Part shown: piece by piece, positions 30,564 to 40,892 of the stretch | Layout of the letters: the number at the start of each line of letters is the position of its first letter | Position numbering within the stretch: position 1 is the stretch's first letter | Origin: a virus | Strand: one strand, 5' to 3' | Virus record (IMG/VR): IMGVR_UViG_3300005581_000001 | Span: 33,582 to 97,581 of that record | Length of the DNA: 64,000 nt | Notes under the pieces: model-generated | Database searches by the model: none | What the model was told of the DNA's origin: nothing | The model's input: only the letters and a program-made list of their open reading frames with translations | Made by a program: the position numbers and the translations under genes

Positions 30564-31587
30564 TTATTTCAATAAAGTTATCTTTAATATTTACAGCCCC
30601 ATTGTTCTCTACAATGTATTTTGGCACTAAATACTCTTTATTACTCCAACACCAGTCTATTTCTTCAATTAACTCATCTATGCCTTTATAAACATACTTA
30701 CCTATTTTAAATCCCTTTATAGCAGCATCTACCCACTTATCTGTCATTGTGTATAACAAAGGTGTTTTGTCTGATTTTGAAATATATAAAAATTGAAATT
30801 TTTCAATAGAATATCCAGTTAAATTTAAATCTTTTAGTATCTGTTCTGCTGCTAATAAATATATAGCTCCTTGAAAGTAATATCTCCATTTTATAAAGCT
30901 TTCTTCAAACTCTATAGCTGGATTTTTACCTGTTTTAAGGTCTGTGAATCGTACTGATTTATTTTTATGGTCTATTGATATCAAATCTAAAATACCTCTC
31001 ACTAAAAAGCCTTTATATTGAATTTCAAATCTATGTTGATAAATGTTTTCGTAATTATTAATTATTATGTCTTTTGAATATTTATGAGTTTTTAATATAC
31101 TTACAATTTCAACTGCATCTATATATTCTTCAGTTGTTATTAATATCTTATCTCCAATCTCATACATAGCGTCTATGTAATTCCAAAACTCAGGAATATC
31201 AAATTTTTCAATTAATACTGCTTCATTTTTAATATTTCCCCAAAATTTATTCAATTTAATTATATCAACTATATCATCTAAATTAGTAGGAACTGTTAAA
31301 TAATTTCTTAAAATTACATCACATAATAATCCTAGTGTTGCTGATGGCTTTTCACCATCAAATTTGTAGTATCTTTCTTCGCAGAAATTACTACCCGTCA
31401 TATTATCAACAAGTAAGTCATCTACTAATGACCCATGTTTCACAGCTGCTCCTTCAGAAGATGTTCTTCTAATTAAAGACATTGCTCCATTACGGTCAAA
31501 ATCCGATAACTTACTATATGATAATGTTAGATCTTTATTATCATTGCTCTCTAGCAATTGATTTAACGATTCTTCTCTCATCTGCAT
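30556..31587 (-). CDS. PD-(D/E)XK exonuclease (RecE/Cas4-like)
   Basis: LSYS, HGSLVD, RGILDL...DLKT and YYFQGAIY motifs. Confidence 0.8.
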   Translation of the reverse strand: MQMREESLNQLLESNDNKDLTLSYSKLSDFDRNGAMSLIRRTSSEGAAVKHGSLVDDLLVDNMTGSNFCEERYYKFDGEKPSATLGLLCDVILRNYLTVPTNLDDIVDIIKLNKFWGNIKNEAVLIEKFDIPEFWNYIDAMYEIGDKILITTEEYIDAVEIVSILKTHKYSKDIIINNYENIYQHRFEIQYKGFLVRGILDLISIDHKNKSVRFTDLKTGKNPAIEFEESFIKWRYYFQGAIYLLAAEQILKDLNLTGYSIEKFQFLYISKSDKTPLLYTMTDKWVDAAIKGFKIGKYVYKGIDELIEEIDWCWSNKEYLVPKYIVENNGAVNIKDNFIEINE

Positions 31588-31822
31588 CTACATCAATCTC
31601 AATTAAATCAATTAATAAATCAACAATTCTGTTTGACATTGCTTGTTCAAAGCTAATTTCCATAAAAAATGACCATTGGTTTTGGTCTAGTATTTCTTTG
31701 TCAAGCATCAATCTAGCGTCATTGTACATTTTATTATTAATAAATAATAAAAATTTTTGATAATTTTCATCATCAAATACAAATGCTGCTAACTGTTCGA
31801 TTTCAATAATTGTTTTATTCAT
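31541..31822 (-). CDS. Hypothetical protein, 93 aa
   Basis: ORF in the operon. Confidence 0.5.
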   Translation of the reverse strand: MNKTIIEIEQLAAFVFDDENYQKFLLFINNKMYNDARLMLDKEILDQNQWSFFMEISFEQAMSNRIVDLLIDLIEIDVDADERRIVKSIAREQ

Positions 31823-31833
31823 TGTGTTTTTTT

Positions 31834-32295
31834 TTAATGAATGTTAATATAAACTCCAGGACTTTCCTTGTTTACTGAATACCATTCATAATTATTCATA
31901 TTCTCTTCTGTTGGCAATACACCATCCATACTCATTACAGACGGAAAAACAAATTCTACATTGTCGTCTGGAATGATTCCATGAGCTGTCATCAAATCAA
32001 AAATGACCTCGGTAGCATTACCGAAGTCAAATTTTCTTTTTGATTCCCTCACAAAATGAAAGCTTATTAAAACAGGAAATTGCTTGTCTTTAAACAGTTC
32101 TTTAAATTGAGGTATTAAAAACTCAAATTCATTAGGTCTTGTCTTATAACCAATAACAACTCTTTTAGAAGATGAATATGATTGAATTCCAAGTAATCCT
32201 AAATATTTTTTAACTGTTTTAGAACAAAATATTCCTTTTGATGTTTTAACTTTACTATTCTTCAACGATGGTGTATTGTGTGGTATAAAAATCAT
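31834..32295 (-). CDS. RusA-like Holliday junction resolvase
   Basis: PSLKN...RKFDFGN...FDLM...IPDDN. Confidence 0.75.
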   Translation of the reverse strand: MIFIPHNTPSLKNSKVKTSKGIFCSKTVKKYLGLLGIQSYSSSKRVVIGYKTRPNEFEFLIPQFKELFKDKQFPVLISFHFVRESKRKFDFGNATEVIFDLMTAHGIIPDDNVEFVFPSVMSMDGVLPTEENMNNYEWYSVNKESPGVYINIH

Positions 32296-32314
32296 TTATT
32301 AATAAAGTTTAAGG

Positions 32315-34138
32315 TTAAATATCAGACATAATTATAATAGGCTCTTCTTCTGTTCTTTCAACATTAAAAGCATTGTCAGAACCGTAAGTATAATCAATCT
32401 TACCTAATACACCTTCAGCTATACTTCCTTGAACTATCCACTCTTTTTTCATCTCCACACCAAATCTATCTATTATTTTTTGAACCTCTATTTTTTTTTG
32501 AATTTTTTCAAAAGCGTTTTTAAGAGAATCGATTCTAGATTCTATAGGTGAAGGTTGATCTAATTGTTTTCGATTGTTACGTTTATTTAAAATTGGTTTA
32601 TTTTTTAAAGAATAATTTAAATTCTGAGATTCATCCCAATCTATTGATTTGTAGCAATAAATATTTTCCTCTTTACCTACTATATCCCCTTTGCAATTTT
32701 CGTCATAAATAACTCTTTTTCTTGCCTCTATGTAGTTTAAATGATAATTTACTAGTAAATCTTTATCTCCACTATTTAAGTTAATAAAATTTATAGAGTA
32801 ATTGCAAATCAATCTGTTAAGACTTATTCCATTTTTACCATCCAAAAAATAAGGATCGCTTAATATCCTATTTTGATTAGCAATAGTATAATTTATTAAA
32901 TAAGAATTAATAAACAGAAAGTTTAATATCTTATCGATATCATAAGTCGGTGTATGAATTCTAAACTCAATAGTCTCTTTATTACCAAAAATTAAAGGTA
33001 TAAGGTTGTGTGCATAATATCTTTTTTTGATATTCCACTTTTGATTACCATTAGGGTCTGAAGGGTGATTTTTAACGTTGTTTAAGTCACATTTATAATC
33101 ATAAAAGCTACTACCTTCAGTTAAGTGAGTGAACAAAACATCAAAGTTTCTATTTACTTGTTCCTTATTAGAATAATCTATAGAAGGTTCTAATTTAGAA
33201 TTTATTTGATGAAATGGAAATGGCTCTGAATAATTTTTTCTTTTTATTCCAAAATTATATTTTTTATAAAGTGGAAATAAAGAAAATATTTCTTCTTGAT
33301 AATTAGTTATTAATTTATAAAAAGCTAATATGAATTCAGGTGTTCTTGGTACATTTCCAATATGTAAATGTAAAGAGCAATCATCGTTATATTCAGTTCT
33401 TTTTTCTAATTCTTTAACGCAATCAATAAGGGCTTTAATTCCTTTTGCACCACTTAAAGGTATTGTTACATATTCTAATCCAGCTATACTACCATCTCTT
33501 AAAGGTATTAAGGGAAGTGCATTTAATTTTTCTTCTGGAAGAATACCTTTAATTGTTTCAAATTCAAATCCAAAAGTTAAATCTTTAAGTATTTTACTAT
33601 ATTTTTGAATAGTGGTATTTATTACAGGATTATAATTTTTATCATATCTAATTATATGATTATTCATCATTCCTTTTGAGTCATAAGGTAATGATTCTTT
33701 ATATTCCCTTTTAACCGTTCTAATCAAATTAAACTGATATGCACTTTTTAATGATATATGATAAAAATTACCACTAGATAATTCTTCTCTAAAAGATCTA
33801 TTTATTATATTCTCATTAATACAAACATACATTTTTTTATCTTTGTCTATTAAATATGCATTACTAAAATCAGTATTAAAATAGCCAAAAACAAAATCGG
33901 AATTTTTTTCCATCTCAATTATTCCGTAAGTTAAATTATCATTTTTTAATTGATAATTTTTAAAAGTATTATTAAAAACTACTCTTCCAGTATTCATTCT
34001 AATATATCTTCCATCAATTAAGTAAACATCTCCTGAGTTTTCGATATTACTATCTCCAATTAAGTAATATTTTTGATCTATTAGTCTGCAATTAGATTTT
34101 TTAGATACTTTACCACTTATCGTTATAACTTCATCCAT
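32315..34138 (-). CDS. Putative amidoligase (glutamine synthetase/GCS-fold COOH-NH2 ligase)
   Basis: FGFEFE, RDGSI..LEYVT.PL, SLHLHIG and TIEFRIH motifs. Confidence 0.8.
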   Translation of the reverse strand: MDEVITISGKVSKKSNCRLIDQKYYLIGDSNIENSGDVYLIDGRYIRMNTGRVVFNNTFKNYQLKNDNLTYGIIEMEKNSDFVFGYFNTDFSNAYLIDKDKKMYVCINENIINRSFREELSSGNFYHISLKSAYQFNLIRTVKREYKESLPYDSKGMMNNHIIRYDKNYNPVINTTIQKYSKILKDLTFGFEFETIKGILPEEKLNALPLIPLRDGSIAGLEYVTIPLSGAKGIKALIDCVKELEKRTEYNDDCSLHLHIGNVPRTPEFILAFYKLITNYQEEIFSLFPLYKKYNFGIKRKNYSEPFPFHQINSKLEPSIDYSNKEQVNRNFDVLFTHLTEGSSFYDYKCDLNNVKNHPSDPNGNQKWNIKKRYYAHNLIPLIFGNKETIEFRIHTPTYDIDKILNFLFINSYLINYTIANQNRILSDPYFLDGKNGISLNRLICNYSINFINLNSGDKDLLVNYHLNYIEARKRVIYDENCKGDIVGKEENIYCYKSIDWDESQNLNYSLKNKPILNKRNNRKQLDQPSPIESRIDSLKNAFEKIQKKIEVQKIIDRFGVEMKKEWIVQGSIAEGVLGKIDYTYGSDNAFNVERTEEEPIIIMSDI

Positions 34139-36093
34139 TATTTATAATTTTTATCTATTATTTCGTCTAAGAACATTAAATAGTCTTCATTAATTTCGAT
34201 GATTTCTTGAACAAAATCTTCTTCTTTGAATTTAGAAAGAGTATCTACGCTTTCTTGAATTTGTAAATAAATAGGAGACATTAACATATCTACAGATTTT
34301 TTTATACAATCTTTTTCAATTTTATTAATCTCTATTTCTTTATCTTCAGTTTCATCATCACTAGTTACTTCTAGGTTATTTAATTTACATAAATCAACAA
34401 ACTTTCCTTGTATTGAATTATTTTCTATGTTTTTATTTATAAAAGGAAATTTTGAATCTTGTTTAATATCTAAAGATAATTGATTGTTTTTATTGTATAA
34501 ATCAACTGCTGAAAAATCATCTTTAACACTTTGTTTTTCCAATAATATAGTATTAACTAAAGAGCCTTGATCTATGTAATAAATTTTACTACTACCTAAA
34601 GGACAAACATTACCAGTAAAAGAAGTTCTTTTAAAGATAATTGTTTTAGATTTTTGGTGATAGCTAACTTTACTACTTATTTCAATAATAGGATGCTTAG
34701 ACATTTCTGATAAATCCCAAATATTATAATTTTTGATTTTTTGATCAATAACTTCATAATCAAGTTTTGTTTCAAGCATAATTCCTTCATAAAAATAATG
34801 TAAAGATGGAACTTTTTTATTTTCAGTTGTAAATGGAGTTATAGTAAATTCATCTTCAGCATTTTCAACTTCGTCTTCATTAAAATATCCATATTCTAAA
34901 TCAAAAGGCCTATCAATCATTGTTTTAGTTTTTTCTTCAGCTAATTTTACATCTTTAGTTAAAGACACAAATCCGTATTCTTTAATCCAAACACAAATTC
35001 CACTTATTAAATGGCCATTTCTATTGTATCTTAATTTATTAAAAGTTATGGGGGATTTAAAAATTCTAACGTCTTTTTCGTTTAAAATTTCTTCTTCCTT
35101 TTCGTTCTTTTTTGACTCTTTTCTTAAGTCCTCCCACTCAGTATCTTGTTCCGTATCTTTCCTTCTAACGTCCCATTGATATCCGCAAACATTATAATGT
35201 TTCTTAATTGTAGCTGGTTTTTGAGAAGTATTCTTTCTTGAAATTTCAAATTTTTCAGCATTAGCAATATTTCCATCAGTTATTTTGTAGATTGTATTTG
35301 GGCTAAAGCTAAATAAATCTTCATTTGCAATTCCTCCAATAGCTTCTAAACTTTCTTGTAATGAGGAAATGTATAAACTATTTTTAGATTCTTTATAATA
35401 ATATAAAGGTCTTTCTTCTAAATCAGCACCCTTATCGTAATCATCTAATCTTGACGCTCCTTTAAATGCATATAATATATTAGGCTCTAATGTGTTTGTA
35501 AATAATAAAGCAGCCCCTCCTACGTAGTCAGATAATACTTTAAAGTTTTTATTTTGATATATGATTTCTAATAATATTTCAGAATCAATTTTATTTCTCT
35601 TAAATGTATTTACTCCGTATGCATTAACTTCTTTTACATCGGTTTCCAATCCATGCATTTTTGCTAAATCATTTTGATTATATAATGTTCCATTATGAAC
35701 GCCTACAAATTCAAAAGATTTTTCATAGTCTCCAAAACCAAAAGGATGAGCGTTATCTGAATTTACATTTCCGCTACTAGATTTTCTAGTATGCCCTATT
35801 ACAGTTGGTATTAAAACAGGGGTATCATACCCCTGTTTATATAAAAAATCACTATAATGTTTAGAGCCTGTAATTCCATAATAGATTTCTCCATCTGTAC
35901 TTATCCCACAAGAATCACCGCCTCTTGAATCATTATATAATCCTTGAATATCAAATTTAGCTTTGTTGAAAGTTTTAACACTCTTACCTGCCCAACCGAA
36001 TATTCCACAAGATAAAATATTCATCTTTGGTTTAAAAATTATTATTCCTAATAAGTGTATTGTTAATAATATTAATATTATTTTTACTTCCAT
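34138..36093 (-). CDS. Class II (Ntn) glutamine amidotransferase with long C-terminal extension
   Basis: CGIFG, RGGDSCG, GHTRKS, NAHPF, HNGTL and DSE motifs. Confidence 0.85.
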   Translation of the reverse strand: MEVKIILILLTIHLLGIIIFKPKMNILSCGIFGWAGKSVKTFNKAKFDIQGLYNDSRGGDSCGISTDGEIYYGITGSKHYSDFLYKQGYDTPVLIPTVIGHTRKSSSGNVNSDNAHPFGFGDYEKSFEFVGVHNGTLYNQNDLAKMHGLETDVKEVNAYGVNTFKRNKIDSEILLEIIYQNKNFKVLSDYVGGAALLFTNTLEPNILYAFKGASRLDDYDKGADLEERPLYYYKESKNSLYISSLQESLEAIGGIANEDLFSFSPNTIYKITDGNIANAEKFEISRKNTSQKPATIKKHYNVCGYQWDVRRKDTEQDTEWEDLRKESKKNEKEEEILNEKDVRIFKSPITFNKLRYNRNGHLISGICVWIKEYGFVSLTKDVKLAEEKTKTMIDRPFDLEYGYFNEDEVENAEDEFTITPFTTENKKVPSLHYFYEGIMLETKLDYEVIDQKIKNYNIWDLSEMSKHPIIEISSKVSYHQKSKTIIFKRTSFTGNVCPLGSSKIYYIDQGSLVNTILLEKQSVKDDFSAVDLYNKNNQLSLDIKQDSKFPFINKNIENNSIQGKFVDLCKLNNLEVTSDDETEDKEIEINKIEKDCIKKSVDMLMSPIYLQIQESVDTLSKFKEEDFVQEIIEINEDYLMFLDEIIDKNYK

Positions 36094-36103
36094 TTTATTT
36101 TAA

Positions 36104-36910
36104 TTATATTGTTACTAGTTCTCTTTTTTCACTATTAATATTAATTAATAATTTAGTTGCTAAATCTAAATTAGCAGTATCTATTGCCTCTCTAACTTGT
36201 TCTGAATACAAATCTATTAATTCGTCAATTTCATTGTTTAAAACAGTCTCTATTGCCTTAATTGATTGTCTGTATACCCATCTCATATTTTCTTCAGATT
36301 TAATCCAAAAATTAGATAATGCTCTACATTCAACTCCAAAATCTTTTACTCTAAAAGACCCTGCTTTTCCATATAACTCTCTTCGACGCGTATCATTGTC
36401 TTTGAAAAGAGCTGGTAAAGTAACAAACATATCAAAAGCTTTTACAATTTTTTCAGATGTTTCAAATTGAGGATTTTCGTAGCCAAAAGCTACATGTCCA
36501 CCTGCACATCTTAAATTAGTATTATTATCAGGCGGCTCATTAATAGATTTTGCATAGACATTAAAATCTGGCTCACATCCAAAAGTGGTTGCTTGCAACG
36601 ATCTTAAATATTTTTTATTAACAACACCGCTCACGGCATCGCTTAAATAATATCCATGGATGCCTGCTAATATGTCTAAATAATCTATACAAGTTTTATG
36701 TGCGTTGACCCACTCATCTTCAGTTTTACAAGGCGGAATATTGTACTCAAACATAATTCCATCTTCTTGAATTGCGTGTCCATATTCACTAATCTTTTTT
36801 GGATTTTTTTTAGTTCCTCCTTCAGTTAATCCTTCTGCAGAAACTATTTCTTTATCATCGCAAATAAATGTTTCTGGATCTGCACCTAATGTTATATTAA
36901 ATTTATTCAT
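36104..36910 (-). CDS. phiEco32-like COOH-NH2 ligase type 2
   Basis: GADPE, QEDG..EYNIPP, FGCEPD, AGGHV, RRELYGKAG.FR.K.FGVE.R.LSNFW. Confidence 0.85.
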   Translation of the reverse strand: MNKFNITLGADPETFICDDKEIVSAEGLTEGGTKKNPKKISEYGHAIQEDGIMFEYNIPPCKTEDEWVNAHKTCIDYLDILAGIHGYYLSDAVSGVVNKKYLRSLQATTFGCEPDFNVYAKSINEPPDNNTNLRCAGGHVAFGYENPQFETSEKIVKAFDMFVTLPALFKDNDTRRRELYGKAGSFRVKDFGVECRALSNFWIKSEENMRWVYRQSIKAIETVLNNEIDELIDLYSEQVREAIDTANLDLATKLLININSEKRELVTI

Positions 36911-36927
36911 TTTTCTGTTTATTTATT

Positions 36928-37611
36928 TTATAATCTTAAATAGTTTTCAATTAAATTCAAGCATTCTTCAACTGTGTTTTCTGGACAATTACTATATTCT
37001 GGATGACCTTGTATACATAAAGATCTTGTATTAGGATAAAACACTATTTCACATTCTTCAAAGTTTTTAGGTAATTCTTTTTCAGAATTTATACCATCTA
37101 AATATGTATTTGAAAGAAAATGAGTAGCTGTTGCTAATATTTCATAACTTTCTTTTGGAAGATTGTAAGGAAACATCATTTGATGATGTGTAGAAGTTAT
37201 TTGAAACTCTCCATTAATTCCTAAGTATTTCATGTCTAATGGATGAGAACCACTTAATCCATGACCACTAACGTGTTGGATTAATTTTCCGAAATTCATA
37301 ACAGTCAAAAACTGAGCTCCTCTGCATATCCCTAATTTAGGAACTTTATACATTCCACTTCTGTTAAACATATAATCGTTTTCAGTAGAATCTCTTTTTT
37401 CATTTATACTTGTATATCTACCCTTACTTTCTCCATAGAAACTTGGACTAACATCTTCTCCTCCTGTAAACAAAACTAAATCTATTTTTATAAAATCTAT
37501 ATTTTCTTTACAATCAATTGAAGTGACTTCAAATCTTTTTGATAAAAATTCTACACAAGCACCGTGTCCAGCAGAACTATTAACTAATACTGTTATTTTT
37601 TTCTTATTCAT
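36928..37611 (-). CDS. Class I glutamine amidotransferase / peptidase C26-like (copy 1)
   Basis: TGGEDV, GICRGAQ, HHQ and QGHPE catalytic motifs. Confidence 0.85.
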   Translation of the reverse strand: MNKKKITVLVNSSAGHGACVEFLSKRFEVTSIDCKENIDFIKIDLVLFTGGEDVSPSFYGESKGRYTSINEKRDSTENDYMFNRSGMYKVPKLGICRGAQFLTVMNFGKLIQHVSGHGLSGSHPLDMKYLGINGEFQITSTHHQMMFPYNLPKESYEILATATHFLSNTYLDGINSEKELPKNFEECEIVFYPNTRSLCIQGHPEYSNCPENTVEECLNLIENYLRL

Positions 37612-37616
37612 TTTAT

Positions 37617-38330
37617 TTATTTTAATAATTTATTAATTTCATTTACTGTGAATTCACAATTAAATTCTTCTGGATGCCATTGAACTCCTAATATAGGTAA
37701 TTCAATGTGTTTAAATGCTTCAATCGTTACAGGCATATCAACTCTATTATCAATATGACCTTCTTTATTGAAATATCTCCAAGTAGCTGTTGTTTCTTGA
37801 TTAGAATAACATCCTCTAAATTGTTGAGAATATGCGATTAATTCCAATCCATTACCTAATACCTCAACTGATTGATGATGCATTGTATTAATATAATACT
37901 CTTGTTCACTATTAGTAAATTGAAGTTTTTGTCTAGTAGACTGCCTATCATCTCCTTGATGATGCCCAATTATGTGTTGATTTAAATTACCTCCTAAAAA
38001 GCAATTTATAGCCTGCATTCCTCGACAAATACCTATAATAGGTTTGTTTGCTTGAATAAATTTAGGAAGTAATAAACTATCTAAATATTCATAATGTTGA
38101 TTAGCTCTTCCATCCATAGCGCCTGGCACTTTTCCGTACAAAGCAGAATTAACATCAGCCCCTCCTGGAGATACCAACACATCTATTTCATTTTCGATAT
38201 TGTCAAAATTGTCTAATGTAGAAATTAATCTAACATATCCAAACTGACTAAAGAATTGCATATAAGGCATTGTTTGACCTACTTTTCCATTAAAAGCGTC
38301 AGCATAAATACCAATGATTTTTTTATTCAT
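37617..38330 (-). CDS. Class I glutamine amidotransferase / peptidase C26-like (copy 2)
   Basis: PGGADV, GICRGMQ, HHQ and VQWHPE motifs. Confidence 0.85.
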   Translation of the reverse strand: MNKKIIGIYADAFNGKVGQTMPYMQFFSQFGYVRLISTLDNFDNIENEIDVLVSPGGADVNSALYGKVPGAMDGRANQHYEYLDSLLLPKFIQANKPIIGICRGMQAINCFLGGNLNQHIIGHHQGDDRQSTRQKLQFTNSEQEYYINTMHHQSVEVLGNGLELIAYSQQFRGCYSNQETTATWRYFNKEGHIDNRVDMPVTIEAFKHIELPILGVQWHPEEFNCEFTVNEINKLLK

Positions 38331-38343
38331 TATTTCTTTTTAT

Positions 38344-39039
38344 TTATTTTAATTTTAATTTAAATCCTTTAATATTATCTGTCTTATTATTTATAACATT
38401 ATTAATTTTACTTATACTACAATTATATTCAATAGATAATTCTTTTATATGCGACCATTCTTTTATAAAATTACCGTTTAAATCATATTGTAAAATAGCT
38501 TTTCTTTTTTTAATTCCAGATATTGGTATTATTATATTAGCTAAATTTATTCTTTCATTTGTAATTTCTGATTCATATGACCAAATTTCATTCTTAAGGG
38601 GTCTATTTCTTAATCTAGCACATTTAGCTATTCCTGCTACACTATGATTTAATAAATTTGCAGCTTTAGTACAACTTTCGTATTTACATATAAACTTACC
38701 ATTTAATGAAAATCTATATACTGGAATTTTATTTCTACCACCTAATTCTTGAACATTTTGAAACATATTATATCCCTTATCTGTTTTATATGATTCATAT
38801 AAATCTATATAATATTGTTCTCTTTTTAAAATATCAATATTTTGTTCAATATTTTCAATTACAATTATTTTAAAAAAATCTACTCCATTTTTATTGTATG
38901 AATTTTGTAAATACTTACAATGATGATTATTTTTTTTTAAACGATTAAAGTGTTCTTTTTTTCTTCGTGAAAAATTAGTTGTACTTCCAATGTATTTTTT
39001 ACCATTAATTAAATTAATAATTGCATAAATTACTTTCAT
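38344..39039 (-). CDS. GIY-YIG homing endonuclease with NUMOD1-like repeats
   Basis: VIY...YIGST...R, REQYYI, GYN; repeats VYRFSLNGKFI and LQYDLNGNFIKEW. Confidence 0.85.
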   Translation of the reverse strand: MKVIYAIINLINGKKYIGSTTNFSRRKKEHFNRLKKNNHHCKYLQNSYNKNGVDFFKIIVIENIEQNIDILKREQYYIDLYESYKTDKGYNMFQNVQELGGRNKIPVYRFSLNGKFICKYESCTKAANLLNHSVAGIAKCARLRNRPLKNEIWSYESEITNERINLANIIIPISGIKKRKAILQYDLNGNFIKEWSHIKELSIEYNCSISKINNVINNKTDNIKGFKLKLK

Positions 39040-39064
39040 ATATTATTGTATTAAATTATACATA

Positions 39065-39096
39065 CAAATATATGTATTATTTTTTAATAATCCTAA
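39065..39096 (-). promoter_or_regulatory. TTAGG-N19-TATATTTG promoter of the GIY-YIG endonuclease
   Basis: Reverse complement of caaatata (39065-39072) and cctaa (39092-39096). Confidence 0.65.
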
Positions 39097-39137
39097 TAAT
39101 TCACTAATTATTTTATAATTATTTTTATTATAATTTT

Positions 39138-39545
39138 TTATTTTGGTAATTGTAATTGTCTTACTAAACTTAATTTTATAAGTAATATATTCATTTCGCT
39201 TCCATTTGTTGATGTATAAGGCATATTACCAATTATAGATCCAGGAGCCATCCATTCTATTACATCTAAAGCGTGATTTCTGTTTAAATCTAATAATAAT
39301 ATTCTTTTTAATCCAGGATAATAACTACGTCTCATCTTTATAAATAAATCTCTAATTTTATATTTATTTAAATAAGGCATCATAGCACAAAAAGCATAAG
39401 CGCTCGCTAATTGACAATTATCTGTTGGAGCTTCTATATATTTAAATTCCGTTCTATATCCTCCTTTTATGGATATTATTACAGTATTAGGTTCACGACT
39501 CATATTAAAATCTTCTACTTCTCTTGGATCTTTAATTTCTTTCAT
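39138..39545 (-). CDS. Hypothetical protein within the amide-ligase cluster, 135 aa
   Basis: Overlaps the end of the ATP-grasp gene. Confidence 0.55.
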   Translation of the reverse strand: MKEIKDPREVEDFNMSREPNTVIISIKGGYRTEFKYIEAPTDNCQLASAYAFCAMMPYLNKYKIRDLFIKMRRSYYPGLKRILLLDLNRNHALDVIEWMAPGSIIGNMPYTSTNGSEMNILLIKLSLVRQLQLPK

Positions 39546-40440
39546 TGTATTTTTCTATTAAAAGTTTTGGCAATTCTTCTTTGTATTTTTCTAATGTAAC
39601 TTCTCCGAATGATGGCGCTGAATTCACTTCAATTACTATGAAATCACAATACGGTCTTTCGTCGCCATTTTCATCAATATTATTTTGAACTCTTAAATCA
39701 CAAGCTCCAAAATCTAATCCGCAAGAAACTACTGCATCGGTACAATGTTTAACTATTTCATCCCAATTTGAAGGTTTATCAAAGTTTTCATTGCCTTCTA
39801 AAATCCACACAGAGTTATCATCGTGTCTTTGCCAAGCATTAGGATGATCTTTAAATTCAGTTTTTAACATTTTTCTACAAGAGTAAAAACATCCATTTTT
39901 AGTACAGTGAAGCCTATATTCTTTATTAAAATTAATAAATCTTTCAAAAAGATAATTATCTAATTTTTTATCTTTTGCCCAGTTTTCTAATTCTTTTTGA
40001 GACTTGAGCAGATAGTTGCCAGTTCCTCTTGATCCAAAAAAATGTTTTGCTACAATAGGATATTTTAAATCCATAGGATCTACGTCAAAATCTTCGCTTT
40101 CAGATTCAATACTTCTATCTTGAAATTTTGATCCATTAAACATATACCATTGAGCTGTATTAACTCCTCCAGCACTAAAACATTCTTTCATTCTAAATTT
40201 AGAAGAACTATTTCTAATAGCTTCTTTAGAATTTAATTCAATTCTTTTACCTTCTAATGAAGACCTGTCAACTAATTCAGTTAAAGATCCAAATCTTACA
40301 ACTGATCTAAATGGTAATTTTGCAATTTCATATCTTAATTTATTATGAGATGGATGACGACTACGTATCATAGGTCTGTATTTATTACCATTAACATCTC
40401 CAATTGATTTTCTTAAAACTCTTTTAACTAATACTCCCAT
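39532..40440 (-). CDS. ATP-grasp peptide ligase (RimK/YheC-like)
   Basis: PIVAK...GSRGTG, EYRLH, GLDFGACD and IEVNSAP motifs. Confidence 0.85.
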   Translation of the reverse strand: MGVLVKRVLRKSIGDVNGNKYRPMIRSRHPSHNKLRYEIAKLPFRSVVRFGSLTELVDRSSLEGKRIELNSKEAIRNSSSKFRMKECFSAGGVNTAQWYMFNGSKFQDRSIESESEDFDVDPMDLKYPIVAKHFFGSRGTGNYLLKSQKELENWAKDKKLDNYLFERFINFNKEYRLHCTKNGCFYSCRKMLKTEFKDHPNAWQRHDDNSVWILEGNENFDKPSNWDEIVKHCTDAVVSCGLDFGACDLRVQNNIDENGDERPYCDFIVIEVNSAPSFGEVTLEKYKEELPKLLIEKYNERN

Positions 40441-40862
40441 TCGTTATATATTTTAACATTGTTTTTTGTTTCTTGCATTTTCATCCACGAACACCAATCT
40501 CCACACTCTATTTTTTCAAGGTTTGAAGAATCGTAATTAAATAAATAAATAAAAGCTTCTCCATAAGGAGTTTCTATTGTTTCTTTATTGTAATAATTAT
40601 CTTCTTTATCAAAGTCTTCAGAATATCCTTCTAACTGATCTAATTTTTTTTGTATGTCTTCATCTGCCTCAAAAACTTCCATAATTATTGAAGTAGACCC
40701 TTCATTTATTACAGCAGGATATCTATCATTTACATTAAACATTGTGAATACAGGTTCAGAATTAAATGTTCCAATATATTCTGATTTCCCTAATGTATAA
40801 TGATTATGCATTCCTTGCCTTAGAGAACCATAAACTGCTACTAATTTTTTTTCGTTTTTCAT
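40428..40862 (-). CDS. Gamma-glutamylcyclotransferase (AIG2-like)
   Basis: VAVYGSLRQG...YPA...LDQLEGY...GDW. Confidence 0.9.
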   Translation of the reverse strand: MKNEKKLVAVYGSLRQGMHNHYTLGKSEYIGTFNSEPVFTMFNVNDRYPAVINEGSTSIIMEVFEADEDIQKKLDQLEGYSEDFDKEDNYYNKETIETPYGEAFIYLFNYDSSNLEKIECGDWCSWMKMQETKNNVKIYNEWEY

Positions 40863-40892
40863 TTTTATATTATTTCTAATTATTTTTTTATT

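Noticed and set aside
38344-39137. GIY-YIG gene as part of a group I intron
   Set aside because: Both flanking genes look complete, the gene has its own promoter, and the AT-rich flanks show no intron core.
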